Origin: Eledone cirrhosa
Taxonomy: Eukaryota
Length of the DNA: 64,000 bases
Assembly (NCBI GenBank): GCA_964016885.1
Contig: OZ024760.1
Coordinates: forward strand, 992,001-1,056,000
Reading direction: 5' to 3'
Of this stretch, positions 1 through 14,590 are shown in pieces. Position 1 is the first letter of the stretch. Each line of letters begins with the position of its first letter. The notes under the pieces were generated by a model, which was not told where the DNA came from, made no database searches, and saw only the letters and a list, made by a program, of their open reading frames with translations. The position numbers and the translations under genes were made by a program.

Positions 1-1069
<1,069 letters not shown>

Positions 1070-2018
1070 AATTTAGAAGGGCCCTAGATAAACATAAAAT
1101 CAATATTAAGATAGTAGAAAGACCAGGTACCTCCGTAAAAACACTTATTAGCAAGACATACCCTTTCCAAAGACCCCCCTGTATAGATAAGAAATGTATA
1201 ACCTGTAAAATAAGCCCCCATATTAACTGTAAAACTAGAAATGTAGTGTATAGCACAAGATGTACTGAAGGACAATGTAGAGACAAAAATATAGTGTACA
1301 TAGGTGAGACAGCTCGTAGTGTAGGGGAACGGATAAATGAACACTGGCGAGACCTTCAAGATAGTAAAGAATCATCTGTACTCTACCAACATGCTAAAAT
1401 AGAACATAAGGGTAAATTAGAGAACATAGAAATAAATATAGAATCTACACACAGAAAAGACGCAATGTTTAGACAAATCACCGAGGCAATAAACATAAAA
1501 GAATTACAACCAAAATTAAATAGAAAATATGAGTGGAACAGCAACATCACAACTTACAATTAAGGACAAAATGAAAACACACACACACATAGAACAAACA
1601 ACCAACCGGTAACATGTAAATAAACAAATAAATAAACAAATATAAACACACACAGACACCCGGATGTGGCGCATGCGCAGACTGAGCACACAACACACAC
1701 AGAGAAATAAAATGGCGTAGGACAGAACAAAGGAGAGGCACAAAAACAAAGAAAAGAATCCCCAGTCACTGCAGAGGTCACAGAATGTGTGACGAAAGAA
1801 CTTTGACAATATATAAACAACTATCTGGTTGTTGAACCAACCAACCGACCAGAAATTTATAAATTCCTAAATTTATAAATTTATTATAATAAATTGAGGT
1901 GAAAGCAACTAGTGCGTGTGTTTCTTATTGGCAACATGACCCTCCCAAAGTATAACAATATCGGTTTCAACACACGTTTTCAGATAAAGAATCTTGCTAA
2001 ACAAATTCAGAAACGAAA
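1070..2018 (+). mobile_element. 5'-truncated Penelope-like element: GIY-YIG endonuclease end plus 3' pLTR region
   Basis: Translates ..[52 protein letters not shown] (stop at 1563). Near-identical to the inverted copy at 45216-46180. Flanked by (TA)n on both sides. Confidence 0.92.
1765..1807 (+). ncRNA. Minimal type I hammerhead ribozyme, mutated core, in PLE pLTR
   Basis: GTCA-CTGCAGA-G-GTCACA gaatg TGTGAC-GAAA-GAAC-TT-TGAC; the core is CTGATGA in the 45.4 kb copy. Confidence 0.7.
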
Positions 2019-2212
2019 TATATATATATATATATATATATATACATGTGTGTATATATATACAGATGTGTACATATATATATATGTATGTATATGTATC
2101 TATATATATGTGTAAGTATATATACATGTGTTTATATATGTATATATATTTATATATATGTGTATGTATATATATATATATATAGATGTGTATATATATA
2201 TTTATATATATT

Positions 2213-2243
<31 letters not shown>

Positions 2244-2899
2244 TTATATATGTGTATGTATATTTATATATATATAGATGTGTATATATATATATATATG
2301 AATATACATATATATATACACCTCTAAATACACATATATATATAAATATATATACATATATATATATATATACACATCTATATATATACATACACATATA
2401 TAAATATATATACATACACATATATAAATATACATACATATATATATATATAAATATATATATATTTATATATATGTGTATATATATAGATGTGTACATA
2501 TATATATGTATATATATATTTATATATATATATGTGTGTGTGTGTATATATATAGATGTGTACATATATATATATATATTTATATATATTTATATATATA
2601 TATATATGTGTGTATATATATATAGATGTGTACATATATATATATATGTATATGAATATTTATATATATATGTGTAAGTATATATAGATATATATATGTA
2701 TATGTATTTATATATATGTGTAAGTATATATAGATATGTATATATCTGTATATAAATTTATATATGTGTATGTATATATATGTATATGTATATATGTTAT
2801 GTGCATGTATATATGGTGCATATATGTTATGTTGTGTATATGTTTGTGTATGATGTGAATGTGTTTGTATGTATCTGTATATGTGTATTATGGCGTGTT

Positions 2900-2950
<51 letters not shown>
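2019..2950. repeat. (TA)n/(TG)n low-complexity tract
   Basis: Direct inspection. Confidence 0.95.
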
Positions 2951-2952
<2 letters not shown>

Positions 2953-3147
2953 CGAAGGAAATGTGGTAAGGAACCAGGTGGACCATAACGCACCAAAGTA
3001 CTCAATACTTAGGGTAGTAGAGTGGTTAATAGGATCCAGTAAGACCCCGACGGCTGAGCTCAAGCCGTTTCGACGGCTAATTGAGTCCAGAATTAGCCGT
3101 CGAAACGGCTTGAGCTCAGCCGTCGGGATCTTACTGGTTCCTATTAA
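2951..3147. mobile_element. pLTR-like fragment with 57-bp-arm fold-back palindrome (3026-3147) containing a hammerhead 3' half
   Basis: Arms 3026-3082 and 3091-3147 with 2 mismatches; GAAACGGC-ttgagctca-GCCGTC stem III motif; 2960-3025 homologous to 36078-36145. Confidence 0.75.
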
Positions 3148-3197
3148 ATATATATATATGTATATATATATTGTTTCGGCCGCGGATGGCTAACATA

Positions 3198-3452
3198 CAA
3201 CATCCAGGCCGAAACAAATGAGATCGTGTAGGTGTCACGACAAAAAACACACAGTCCACGCTGTAATGTGGCCGTGTAGGCAACACGGTAAAAACCTCCC
3301 AGCCCCACACTGTAAATGTGGTTGGTGTTAGGAAGGGCATCCAGCTGTAGAAAACCCGCCAGACAGTCCTATGCGAGCAAGACAATCACTCTTGCCTCAA
3401 GTGGGAAAGCCCCCGTCCAAACCCATGCAAGCGTGGAACGTTGATGATGATG
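3198..3452 (+). mobile_element. RTE-type LINE 3'UTR fragment with (GAT)n tail
   Basis: Reverse complement of ~36275-36545, which continues into an RTE ORF; ends GATGATGATGA. Confidence 0.8.
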
Positions 3453-3496
3453 ATTCTTTGTTTATTTTCGTATTTATTTCCAAAATGTACTGCTCT

Positions 3497-3690
3497 CCCC
3501 CCCCCCCCCCCCCCCCACGCTACAACCCCCTCCCCAGACTACAACCCCCTTCCCCCACACTACAACCCCTTTCCCCCACGCTACAACCCCCTCCCCCACG
3601 CTACAAACACTTCCCCACACTACAACTCTCTCCCCCAGACTACAACCTCCCACACTACAATCCCCTCCCCCACACACTACACCCCCCCCC
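3497..3690. repeat. C-rich ~21-bp minisatellite (CTACAACCCC..CCCCACA)
   Basis: Recurring CTACAAC units. Confidence 0.8.
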
Positions 3691-3796
3691 AGTGCCCTTC
3701 TCCACCAGCCCCAGAACAGCTGGCCATTGTCTTATCAAGGAGCATCTGTAGAGTCCAGAGAACTGCCAGAAATAGTATCTAGATCTCCCTCAAATT

Positions 3797-4750
3797 ACAC
3801 ACACACATGCACACATGCACACACACACACACACATACACACTCATACATGTGCTTGTATACACAAGCACTCACACACATGCATGCATAGACTCATACAT
3901 GTGCGCGTTTACGACACATGCACATACATACACGTTCGCAACACACACACACACGCACACACATTTACAACATACATGCACTCACAATACACACAGTCAC
4001 ACATACATTCACACACACACATAGATGAATACACATGCATATACACAAACACTCACACACATTCAGACCACACATGCACTGACAATATGTACAGACACAC
4101 AGACACACACATACAGACGCACATGTACAGACACACATGTACAGATGCACACGTACAGACGCACACATACACACACACACATACGCAAACATGCAGACAC
4201 ACACATACACATACACACACAGACACATACACACATAGACACATACACACACAGACACATACACACATAGACACATACACACATAGACACATACACACAC
4301 ATACACACAGGCACACATACACACACACATATTAGGTTCTGCTGTTATCTTAATTATCTGTCCTCATCAGTGTGTGATGAATGTGTGTGTGTGTGTGTGT
4401 GTGAGATGAATGTGTGTGATTGGGTGTGTGTGTGCGATGAATGTGTGTGATTGGGTGTGTGTGTGCGCGATGAATGTGTGTGATTGGGTGTGTGTGTGTG
4501 ATGAATGTGTGTGATTGGGTGTGTGTGTGCGATGAATGTGTGTGATTGGGTGTGTGATGAATGTGTGTGCTTGGGTATGTGTGTGTGTGTGCCCTAATGT
4601 ATGTGTGTGCTCGGGTGTGTGTGTGATGAATGGGTGTGCCTTAATGAATTTGTGTGTGCCCTAATGAATGTGTGTGTGCCCTAATGAATGTGTGCCTAAT
4701 GAATGTGTGTGTGCCCTAATGAATGTGTGTGTGCCCTAATGAATGTGTGC
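3797..4750. repeat. (CA)n tract followed by GATGAATGTGTG..-type minisatellite
   Basis: Direct inspection. Confidence 0.9.
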
Positions 4751-4794
4751 ACACATGTGTTGTCTATCTCTGTTTTATTTTAATTCAATAAGAT

Positions 4795-5190
4795 CCTCTC
4801 ACTCTCCCTTTCTCCCTCTACCTCTCCTCTCTCTTCCTCTCTCTCACCGTCTCCCTCTCATTCTTCCTCTCTCTCACCTTCTTCCTCTCTCTCATTCTCT
4901 GCCTCACTCTGCCTCTCTGACCTTCTCTCCCACCCTCACTCTTACTCTCACTCTTTCACCCTCTCTCTCTCACCCTCGCTCTCTCACCCTCTCTCTCACC
5001 CTCGCTCTCTCTCCCTTTCCCTCTTTCTCACCCTCTCATTCTCTCTTTCTCTCATTCTCTCTCTCCCTCTCTCTCATTCTCTCTCTCTCCCTCTCTCACC
5101 CCCCCTCTCTCATTCTCTCTCACCCTCTCTCTCTCATTCCCTCTATCTCACTCTCTATCATTTACTGTCCCTCCTTCTCTCCCCCTCTCT
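4795..5190. repeat. (CT)n-rich polypyrimidine tract
   Basis: Direct inspection. Confidence 0.9.
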
Positions 5191-5594
5191 GCCATCAAAA
5201 CTCTCATTAAAATCTTCTCTAATTACTCAACCAGTTTCCTGTTGCTTAAACATTAAGTCTTAACGAGCACACTTGATATATCACATTAGGTACCCCCCCC
5301 CCCCCCCTACACACACTCACCTTTCCACCACCACCCCCCGCGTCCCTCCCTCCATCCCATCACTTTTGCTATCTTTTCGACCCTGGACAGTCTGCGCTGC
5401 TCATTAACTTAATCTTTTTTTCATCTGTGCATTCTTCAGGTGAGATCGTGCCTTCCCCCCCCCCCCACCAACTGTGTCTGCCCGCTCACATGGGTATACT
5501 CCTCTTTCGGGTGGCAGCTTGTGGTGCAGCGATGCAGTTATGCTATGCAACATAATTGCATGCATCTAGAGATATTGGAGAGTTTCATATGATA

Positions 5595-5650
<56 letters not shown>

Positions 5651-6139
5651 TCATATATATATATATATATATCATCATATATATATATATATATATCATC
5701 ATATAGATATATATATATCATCATATATATGCAGTTTATCAAAGAAGAATCTTAACCATTTTAAATTTTATCACCATCGTGCGTATCTAAGTAAATATAT
5801 CATAGTATACATATATTTCATATATTGTATATTATACTATATATATATATATTTTATATACTGTCATCATCATCATAATCATGAACATCATAGTTTTAAC
5901 ATCCACTTTCCCTTCTAGCAAGGGTTGGATGGGTCTACATAGACTAAGTCAGTCCTGAAGCGCAGCAACTGACCTCGCAGACAGGCTAGGGGTCTGTTAT
6001 CTCACTTATGTACTGTCTCATGTTCTGTCAAGTTCACAGGAAGGATTGTCGTGTCTTTGTCTCAACTGAAACGTACTCCTAACCCTTTGTTTGGCAAGCT
6101 TTCTACATATGGATGTCCTATATATATATATATATATAT

Positions 6140-6468
6140 ATCACCATTCACCATTTTACATCCGCTTTTCCCTGCTTGCAAGGATGGGGCGGGAACTGAT
6201 TCTGGCTTGATTTCTACAGCTGGATGCCCTTCCTAACACCAACCTCATTTACAGTGGATGCTGGGTGCTTTTTTTGCCGTGGCACCTCCACGACCACTTT
6301 GCAGTGGAATGATATGGACCCGTGTCCCTATCATCTCATTTCTACAGCTGAGTAAACTGGAGCAATGTGAAATAAAGTGTCTTGCTCAAGGAAACAACAC
6401 ATCACCCGGTCAGAGAATTGAACTCACAACCTTCCGATTGCAAGGCCAATGCTCTAAGCCATGTGCCT
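6140..6468 (-). mobile_element. tRNA-derived SINE (family B) with CORE/V-like body and RTE-derived 3' tail
   Basis: Minus strand has a B-box-like GAGTTCAATTC and GTTGTTTCCTTGAGCAAGACACTT; the tail matches the RTE 3' ends at 9.3 and 58.6 kb; further copies at 23.9 and 35.2 kb. Confidence 0.8.
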
Positions 6469-6487
6469 CTGATATATATATATAAAA

Positions 6488-6557
6488 TAAAGTTTAGGCA
6501 AAGAATCGCTGCTTTCACCCTTAAGGGTGAAAGCAACAATTCTTTGCTTAAACTTTA
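6488..6557. repeat. Fold-back palindrome, 35-bp arms centred on TTAA
   Basis: TAAAGTTTAGGCAAAGAATCGCTGCTTTCACCC-TTAA-GGGTGAAAGCAACAATTCTTTGCTTAAACTTTA; a single arm recurs at ~10316-10360. Confidence 0.85.
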
Positions 6558-6788
6558 ATCTGTTATTTTAATAAATATATATTTATGTATATAATGGAAA
6601 AAAAACAAGGAAGCTTCATTTACATATAAAAGATATTTATTGTGTATTGACCTGTTACATATGTTTCACAGAGGATTGGCTCAAGGTCACCCATAGGAGT
6701 TATGGACCTGACTCCTCTATTGATCTGCATAGAGTGCTTGATTTGGTACCAACACCAGTAATTCATTGAACCACCTATACTATATATG

Positions 6789-7078
6789 TATATTGTTATA
6801 TTTTGGGAGGGTCATGCTGCCAATAAAAGCACACGCACCTGTTGGTTGGTTTGATAACTGGAAGTTTATTATATATTGTCAAAGCTCTTTCATCACACAT
6901 TCTGTGACCTCCTCAATGACTAGGTTTTTATTTTGTGTCTCTCTTTTGTTCTGTCCTACACCATCTTGTTCTTGTGTGTTGTGTGACCCTCCCAAAGTAT
7001 AACAATATCTGTTTCAATATATGTTTCAACACACGTTTTCAGATAAGAAATCTCGCAAAACAAATTCAAAAACGAATT
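6789..7078. mobile_element. PLE pLTR remnant with inverted junction (minus 6789-6983, plus 6983-7078) and degenerate hammerhead at 6878-6920 (-)
   Basis: Homologous to 1690-2018 in both orientations. Confidence 0.8.
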
Positions 7079-7658
7079 ATATATATATATATATATATAT
7101 TATATATTATATATATATTATATATATATATATATATATTTGGATACATAAAGTAAACATAAACATGCAAATGACACCATACAATAAAGAAATATATTAG
7201 TTTAACACTTGATATAGTAGGAAAAGAGTCTTAATGCTTATGTGATTCAATAAGAGATATTTCAGTGTATTTCTGGGTGCTAGTGGGGTCTGTATACCAC
7301 AACATTTTTTTATGATGGCGGCATTAAAACGACAACACCCATCTTAACACTTCATTACAGAAACAGCAATACCTAATTGCTCGCTGACAGTCCCCACGAC
7401 CCCACTTGGAACACATATACGTACCCAATACAAAATAGGCCCATTACATTACCTAATAAATAGTTATTACCCACTCCACCTATTCCATTATAAATACATG
7501 AAATATAATCGCCACCATTATCTCCATAGTGCCCTGAAATGTGAATATCTTAAGTTAATCAAATCTATACTTCTAAAAGTAATTTAAGGTAATTTAAGTA
7601 CTAGCTTAGTTTCTAGTAAATAAACTTGAACCATGAAATCCACTAGATTTTACTTTAA

Positions 7659-8072
7659 CCCTTTAGCATTCACATTACTCTATATATACTATTATATGTT
7701 CATGGTAAAGGCGGTGGATTGGCAGTATCGGTAGAGGGTCGGACGCCATACTTTCCAGCATAGTTATGTCCCTTTACGATCTGAGTTCAAATCCCGCCAA
7801 GGTTGACTTTGCCTTTCATCCTTACGGGGTCGATAAAATAAAGTACCAGTAATGCACTGGGTAATTTGCTGGCCTTGTGCCTAAAGTAGAAACAATTATA
7901 TTTTCATGGTAAAGGCTTTACCTCGCATAATTATCTCGCATAATATCGAATCTATGAGATTTTGAAAGTATTTATTTTGAGAACAATACCATGACATCAG
8001 TATGAGTGGCCAGTTACAGCCAGTTTCAACAGAAAGAGGTAGCGAATTCTTGCCGGTTTGAACATTAAAGGG
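7659..8072. mobile_element. piggyBac-like MITE (TTAA-flanked, CCCTTTA..TAAAGGG ends) interrupted by a SINE
   Basis: TTAA|CCCTTTAGCATTCA ... TGAACATTAAAGGG|TTAA; related partial copies at ~16830-16998 and ~52535-52760. Confidence 0.7.
7710..7898 (+). mobile_element. tRNA-derived SINE (family A)
   Basis: GGCGGTGGATTGGCAGTATCGGTAGAG (A box), GAGTTCAAATCCCGCC (B box), core GCCTTTCATCCTTACGGGGTCGATAAAATAAAGTACCAG; target-site duplication (TSD) TTATATkTTCATGGTAAA. Confidence 0.9.
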
Positions 8073-8304
8073 TTAATAGTAATGACTGGTTGTTCCTTGT
8101 TTTTTTCAGATAACTAACAAATAAGTTGTCACTGTTGGCAGATATATTTAATTTGCCAATCAGTGAATTTGGACAATTTTTTGATCAGGGTGATCTTGCT
8201 GCTAGGTCTGACTCCAATTCTAGAGACCTGTTGTATGAAGGTCCCGATAACTACGCCTGAGGGCAGACACATACACACACACTAATATATTTTTTCAATA
8301 AATA

Positions 8305-8480
8305 TAATTGTTTCTACTTTTGGCACAAGGCCAGCAATTATCCCAATGTATTACTGGTACTTTATTTTATCGACCCCATAAGGATGAAAGGCAAAGTTAA
8401 CCTCGGCGGGATTTGAACTCAGACCATAAAGGGCCGTAACTCTTTGCTGCAAAGCATGATGTCCGACCCTCTACCGATTG
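8305..8480 (-). mobile_element. SINE family A copy
   Basis: Reverse complement of 7710-7898. Confidence 0.88.
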
Positions 8481-8769
8481 TCACCTCCCCTCCATGATTA
8501 TCCTATCTCAAGTTGACCAGGCAGTTACACACAGGTGCACACACAGACGCATCCATACATATAAACACTCACTAAGCTAGATATCGACACACAGCTACAC
8601 CTTAACCTTAAAAAAAAAAAGAAAGAAATCAACACATATATGAAGAGAATTTACAATTGGATAAATAATGTATGCCCTTATTTGGACAAACTACATCCCT
8701 GATGATACAGCCAGTAAACTGCCAAGACCTTCGACAATCACTCTGGAACTAGTTGTTGAAATGGCAAGT

Positions 8770-9280
8770 GGTATTGGTGGTGGTGGTGGTGGTAGTAGTG
8801 ATGGTCATGGTAGTGGTGATGGTGTTGGTGGTAGTGATGGTCATAGTGGTGGTGGTGGTGGTAGTGGTGATTGTGATGGTGGTGGTGGTGGTAGTGGTGG
8901 TAGTAGTGGTGGTGGTAGTGATGGTGGTGGTAGTGATGGTGGTGCTAGTAGTGATGGAGGTAGTGGTGGTGGTTGTAGTAGTGATGGTGGTAGTGGTGGT
9001 GGTAGTGATGGTGGTGCTAGTAGTGGTGGTGGTAGTAATGGTGGTGCTAGTAGTGATGGAGGTAGTGATGGTGGTGGAGGTAGTGATGGTGGTGGTGGTA
9101 GTGGTAGTAGTGGCAGTGGTAGTGATATTGCTGCATACCTTTCCCTTCATTCTCTTTATTTGTTGCACCTAACTAGATGTATTAACCATCACCATCTCCA
9201 TCATCATCATCATCATCATTTTTCTCATCACCATCATCACTGCCACCACCACCACCATAGCCATCATCATCTATCTCCTT
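8770..9280. repeat. (GGT)n and (CAT/CAC)n trinucleotide tracts
   Basis: Direct inspection; source of the poly-G/V/T/H ORFs. Confidence 0.92.
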
Positions 9281-9757
9281 ATCATCATCATCATTTTACG
9301 TCCGCTTTTCCCTGCTTGCAAGGGTGGGACGGGTCCTATTCAGCACAGCATCTCTCCACTTGTCACGGTCCTTCGTCATCTCCACCGTGAGCTTCAATGA
9401 TCTGAGGTCAGCTCTCACCACCTCCGCCCATGTTTTACGTGATCTTCCTCTACTGCGTCTTCCTTCTACTGGCATTTCTTGGCACTTCTTTACCCAGCGG
9501 TCATCCTCCATGTGCATCACATGTCCATACCATCTCAGTCCTCTCTCCCGCACACTACAACTTATCCCTCTTATACACACCTTCTCTCTCAACACATTCA
9601 CACTGGGTCGTTCACGCACATTTACACTGCACATCCAACGGAGCATGCTTGCTTCATTTCTCTCCAGCTGTCGCATATCCTCTGCAGTTGCCGCCCATGT
9701 CTCACTACCATGCAGCATCGCGCATCTCACACAGGCATCATATAACCGGCCTTTTGT
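9281..9757 (-). mobile_element. 5'-truncated RTE-clade LINE (RT C-terminus, (TGA)n tail)
   Basis: [55 protein letters not shown]; trinucleotide tail. Confidence 0.92.
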
Positions 9758-10165
9758 ACATGTGTGTGTCTCTATATAGATTTGTATGTATATGTATGGG
9801 TATAGATTTTTATATGTGTATATATATATGTGTGTATATATATATATATGTATGTACATGTGTATATATATATGTGTGTATATGTGTATATATATATGTG
9901 TGTATTTATATGTGTATGTATATATATATGTGTGTGTATTTATATGTATGTATATGTGTATATTTATGTGTGTATATATATATATATGTGTGTGTGTGTA
10001 TATATGTCTGTATATATATATACATATATATAAATATATATACAAATATATATATACATAAAGGTTCAATGAATAAATCAAAGAATGAGTTTTACAATAG
10101 ATTGGAAGCACTCAATGACTGAATCTTAACCATTTACTATGTCAGGGTATGTCATCCTTCATCTT

Positions 10166-10230
10166 ATTTTATCTGATGAGGACGTACTGTTGAAGTTAAC
10201 TCAGTACCTCTGAAATATGTATAATAAAAT
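10166..10230 (+). ncRNA. Minimal type I hammerhead ribozyme in pLTR-like repeat
   Basis: ATTTTAT-CTGATGA-GGACGTACTG..CAGTACCTCT-GAAA-TATGTA-TA-ATAAAAT; the surrounding 10075-10275 is homologous to 53340-53560. Confidence 0.8.
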
Positions 10231-10399
10231 ATACTTGATCACAAGAATATCTATTTTGTTAATATTTTAAATTAGTATATATATATATATATATATATTT
10301 AATAAAATAACAGATTAAAGTTTAAGCGTTTAAGCAAAGAATCGCTGCTTTCACCCTTAACGGGATCTTCTGAAACTAACAAAGTCAATCTGTGAACGC

Positions 10400-10428
10400 A
10401 TATCTCTCTCTCTCTCTCTGTATATATG

Positions 10429-10463
<35 letters not shown>

Positions 10464-10634
10464 GTATATATATATATATATATGTATATGTATATATGTA
10501 TATATATATATGTATATGTATATATGTATATATATATATATATATGTATATGTATATATGTATATATATATGTATATATGTATATATATATGTATATATG
10601 TATATATGTATATATATATATATATGTATATATG

Positions 10635-10689
<55 letters not shown>

Positions 10690-10769
10690 GTATATATGTA
10701 TATATGTATATATGTATATATATATGTATATATGTATATATATATATATGTATATATGTATATATATGT

Positions 10770-10842
<73 letters not shown>

Positions 10843-10873
10843 GTATATATGTATATATATATATGTATATATG

Positions 10874-10954
<81 letters not shown>

Positions 10955-11091
10955 GTATATGTATATATATATGTATATATATATATATATGTATATGTAT
11001 ATATATATGTATATATATATATATATGTATATATGTATATATATATATATATGTATATATGTATATATATATATATATGTATATATATATG

Positions 11092-11122
<31 letters not shown>

Positions 11123-11214
11123 GTATATGTATATATGTATATGTATATATGTATATATGTATATATATATATGTATATATATATATGTATAAATGTATAT
11201 ATATATATGTATAA

Positions 11215-11297
<83 letters not shown>

Positions 11298-12500
11298 TAT
11301 ATGTATATATATATGTATATATGTATATATATACATATATGTATATATATATGTGTATATGTATATATATACATATATACATATATATATGTATATATGT
11401 ATATATATACATATATACATATATATATGTACATATGTATATATATACATATATACATATATATATGTACATATGTATATATATACATATATACATATAT
11501 ATATATGTACATATGTATATATATACATATATATATGTACATATGTATATATATATATATATAATATACATATATATATGTATATATATATATTCTCTAT
11601 TTTAGTAAAACAGTTGTTTCACAAAGTTCATCTGGGTTCATGTGTGTGTGTGTATTTATTGTGTACTGTGTGTGTGTGTGTGTATGTGTATTATTTCCTT
11701 TACGTCATAATGTCTGTACATTATTTCTGCTATGTTAATGTTTGTGTATGTGTGTATATATATATGTGTGTATATATATATATGTGTGAGTGTATGTGTG
11801 TATATATGTACATGTGTGTGTATGTAGTGTGTACATGTGTGTCTGTGTATATATATGTACATGTGTGTATGTAGTGTGTACATGTGTGTGTGTGTGTGTG
11901 TACATGTGTGTGTATATATGTACATGTGTGTGTATGTACATATGTGTGTATATATGTACATGTGTGTGTGTATATGTACATGTGTGTATATATATGTACA
12001 TGTGTGTGTGTATATGTATGTGTGTGTATATATGTACATGCGTGTGTGTATATATGTACATGTGTGTGTGTATATATGTACATGTGTGTGTGTATATATG
12101 TACATGTGTGTGTATATATGTACATGTGTGTGTATATATGTACATGTGTGTGTGTGTGTATATTTGTACATGTGTGTATGTATATATGTACATGTGTGTG
12201 TGTATGTACGTGTGTGTGTATATATGTACATGTGTGTATATATGTGTACATGTGTGTGTATATATGTACATATGTGTGTGTGTATATATGTACATGTGTG
12301 TGTGTATATATGTACATGTATGTGTGTATATGTGTACATGTGTATGTGTGTATATATGTACATGTGTGTGTGTGTATATATGTACATGTGTGTGTATATA
12401 TATATGTACATGTGTGTGTGTGTGTATATATGTACATGTGTGTGTATATATATATGTACATGTGTGTGTGTATATATGTACATGTGTGTGTGTGTGTATT
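10400..12500. repeat. (TA)n/(TATG)n tract then (TATATGTACATGTGTGTG)n minisatellite
   Basis: Direct inspection. Confidence 0.95.
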
Positions 12501-13318
12501 GTATTTTGTGAATGAAACCAAAGTAAGATTCTTTTGTTTGTAATAAACACTGAAGTTTCAGATGTCTTCAACACCTACAAGAATGTTGACTGGATGGTAT
12601 AGTGGGGGGTGGGGGTGGGGATGGTGTGGGGGTGTGTGTGTGGATGGGGTGGGGGTGGTGTGGGGGTGGGGGGGGGAGTGGTTGTGGTGTGACGTGGTGG
12701 TATGGTGTGGAGGTGTGGTGGTTGTGGTGGTGGTGGTGCAGTGGTGATAGTGGTATTGGTAATAGGTTGGTGCCTTGGTGGTAATGATGTTGCTAGTGGT
12801 GACAATGGTGATGGAGGTAATTGATGGTAAAGGTGGTGGTGGGTGACATTGAGAGTGATTGATTAATAAATTTTTTAATTGAACTGTATTGTTTGTTTAG
12901 TTGTTTCAATTTACTTTGCACATACACATACACACACATATATATGTATATAGCAATGAAGTAGAAGTCAGTAGGTTAGAATTCACCTCATTGTATTGAT
13001 TACACAATTGCTGTTATACGTATTTTAGTGGTACCAATACTTCAGAGTACAGACTTACATGTGTACTTCGAGTGCTCTCTCTCCTGCATGCACTAGTGTT
13101 TGTTGATTGACAAACACAATATACCAACACACACACACGCACACGCACACACACACACACACACACACATATCAGTATATTTTGTGTTAGTTAATCAACC
13201 AACAAGAGATTGTGAAATATAACAGATGTGCCTTTTCATGGATAAATTTTTTTTCACTTCTACCCCTGATCATTCTCCTTCCGCTGTTTGTCTATTTCTT
13301 CTTTAACTCCTTATTCTA

Positions 13319-13354
13319 TTTTCTGATGAGGGACTAGCGTCTGAAACATTAAGA
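13319..13354 (+). ncRNA. Minimal hammerhead ribozyme (34 kb family)
   Basis: TTTT-CTGATGA-G-GGAC tagc GTCT-GAAA-CATT-AAGA. Confidence 0.7.
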
Positions 13355-13500
13355 CTTTCTTACCTTATTAAGCATGAAACTAATATATATATATTCATTC
13401 TACTTCATCGCATCTGTGTGTCTTTTCCATTTACTTTTCACACACACACACGTATATATATATGCTCACACGCACACACGTATATATATATATATATATG

Positions 13501-13543
<43 letters not shown>

Positions 13544-13919
13544 TACTCATACATCTGACCATCACACTTATCTCTATGTTAAGACCAGAGAAAGATATGA
13601 TTTATAGTTTCCTGCACACAAATAACTGCAAGACAACCTCCAATGGAGAAAGAAATATTACTAATACAACCTTCTAACTACTGATGTATTAGTAATAATA
13701 ATAATGATTTCTTTATTAACCACAAGGGTTTACACAAAGAAAGACATTAAGGACAGTAAAGGACAATACAGGACGGTACAAATGGGAATGTCTGTGTGTA
13801 AAAAAAAAAAAAAACAGAGGATGTATCAAAAAAGAAGCAATGAAAAATTCCCCAATAGGAGAGAGACTTCAGAGGGCCATTGTGGAAAAAGCCCATTAAA
13901 AAAGCCACTGTGACTAATA

Positions 13920-14590
13920 ATAATGGTTTCTTATTTAGGCACAAGGCCGCCAATTTTGGAGTGGGTGGGGGAAAGTCGATTAAATTGACCCCAGTGCATT
14001 ACTGGTGTTTCATGTTATCGACCATGTAAGGATGAAAGGCAAAGATAACCGTGGCAGGATTTGAACTGAGAAGGCAAAGGGCCATAACTCTCTGCCACTG
14101 CCACTAAGCATGTTGTCTAATGCTCTACCGATTCTGCCAAACCACTACCCTGTATTAGTAATAATAATAATTGTTTCTACTTTAGGCACAAGGCCAGCAA
14201 TTACTCCAGTGCATTACTGGTACTTTATTTTATCGACCCCGTAAGGATGAAAGGCAAAGTCAACCTCGGCGGGATTTGAACTCAGATCGTAAAGGGACGT
14301 AACTATGCTGGAAAGCATGGTGTCCGACCCTCTACTGATACTGCCAATCCACCGCCCTTATTAGTAATAATAATAATGATTTCTACTATTGGCACAAGGC
14401 CAGTACTTTGGGGGGGGGGAAGTCGATTAAATCGACCCAGTGCATTACTGGTACTTTATTTTATTGACCCCGTAAGGACGAAAGGCAAAACTAACCTCGG
14501 TGGGATTTGAACTCAGAACGTAAATGGCCACAACTCTATGCTACAAAGCATGTTTTCTGATGCCCTACCAATACTACCAATCCACCGCCC
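13920..14590 (-). mobile_element. Tandem array of three family A SINEs
   Basis: Copies at ~13920-14150, 14165-14358 and 14375-14590, separated by TATTAGTAATAATAATAAT. Confidence 0.88.

Noticed and set aside
4335-4372. Minus-strand CTGATGAGGAC hammerhead half
   Set aside because: No stem II partner or GAAA at a suitable distance.
7245-7555. Possible fifth member of the structured family on the minus strand (GGAC..GTTTCTGTAA; AGTGGGGTC/GACCCCACT pair)
   Set aside because: Only one short motif matches; motifs 1, 4 and 5 were not found by eye.
7710-7800. tRNA gene
   Set aside because: A/B boxes are present, but it is the head of a multi-copy SINE with TSDs and lacks a proper cloverleaf.
8668-9390. 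Gly/Ser- and His-rich ORF resembling a structural protein (also 27534-28823, 41385-41996, 42915-43385)
   Set aside because: Made of (GGT)n/(CAC)n tracts open in several frames; the 8668 ORF runs into an antisense LINE tail.
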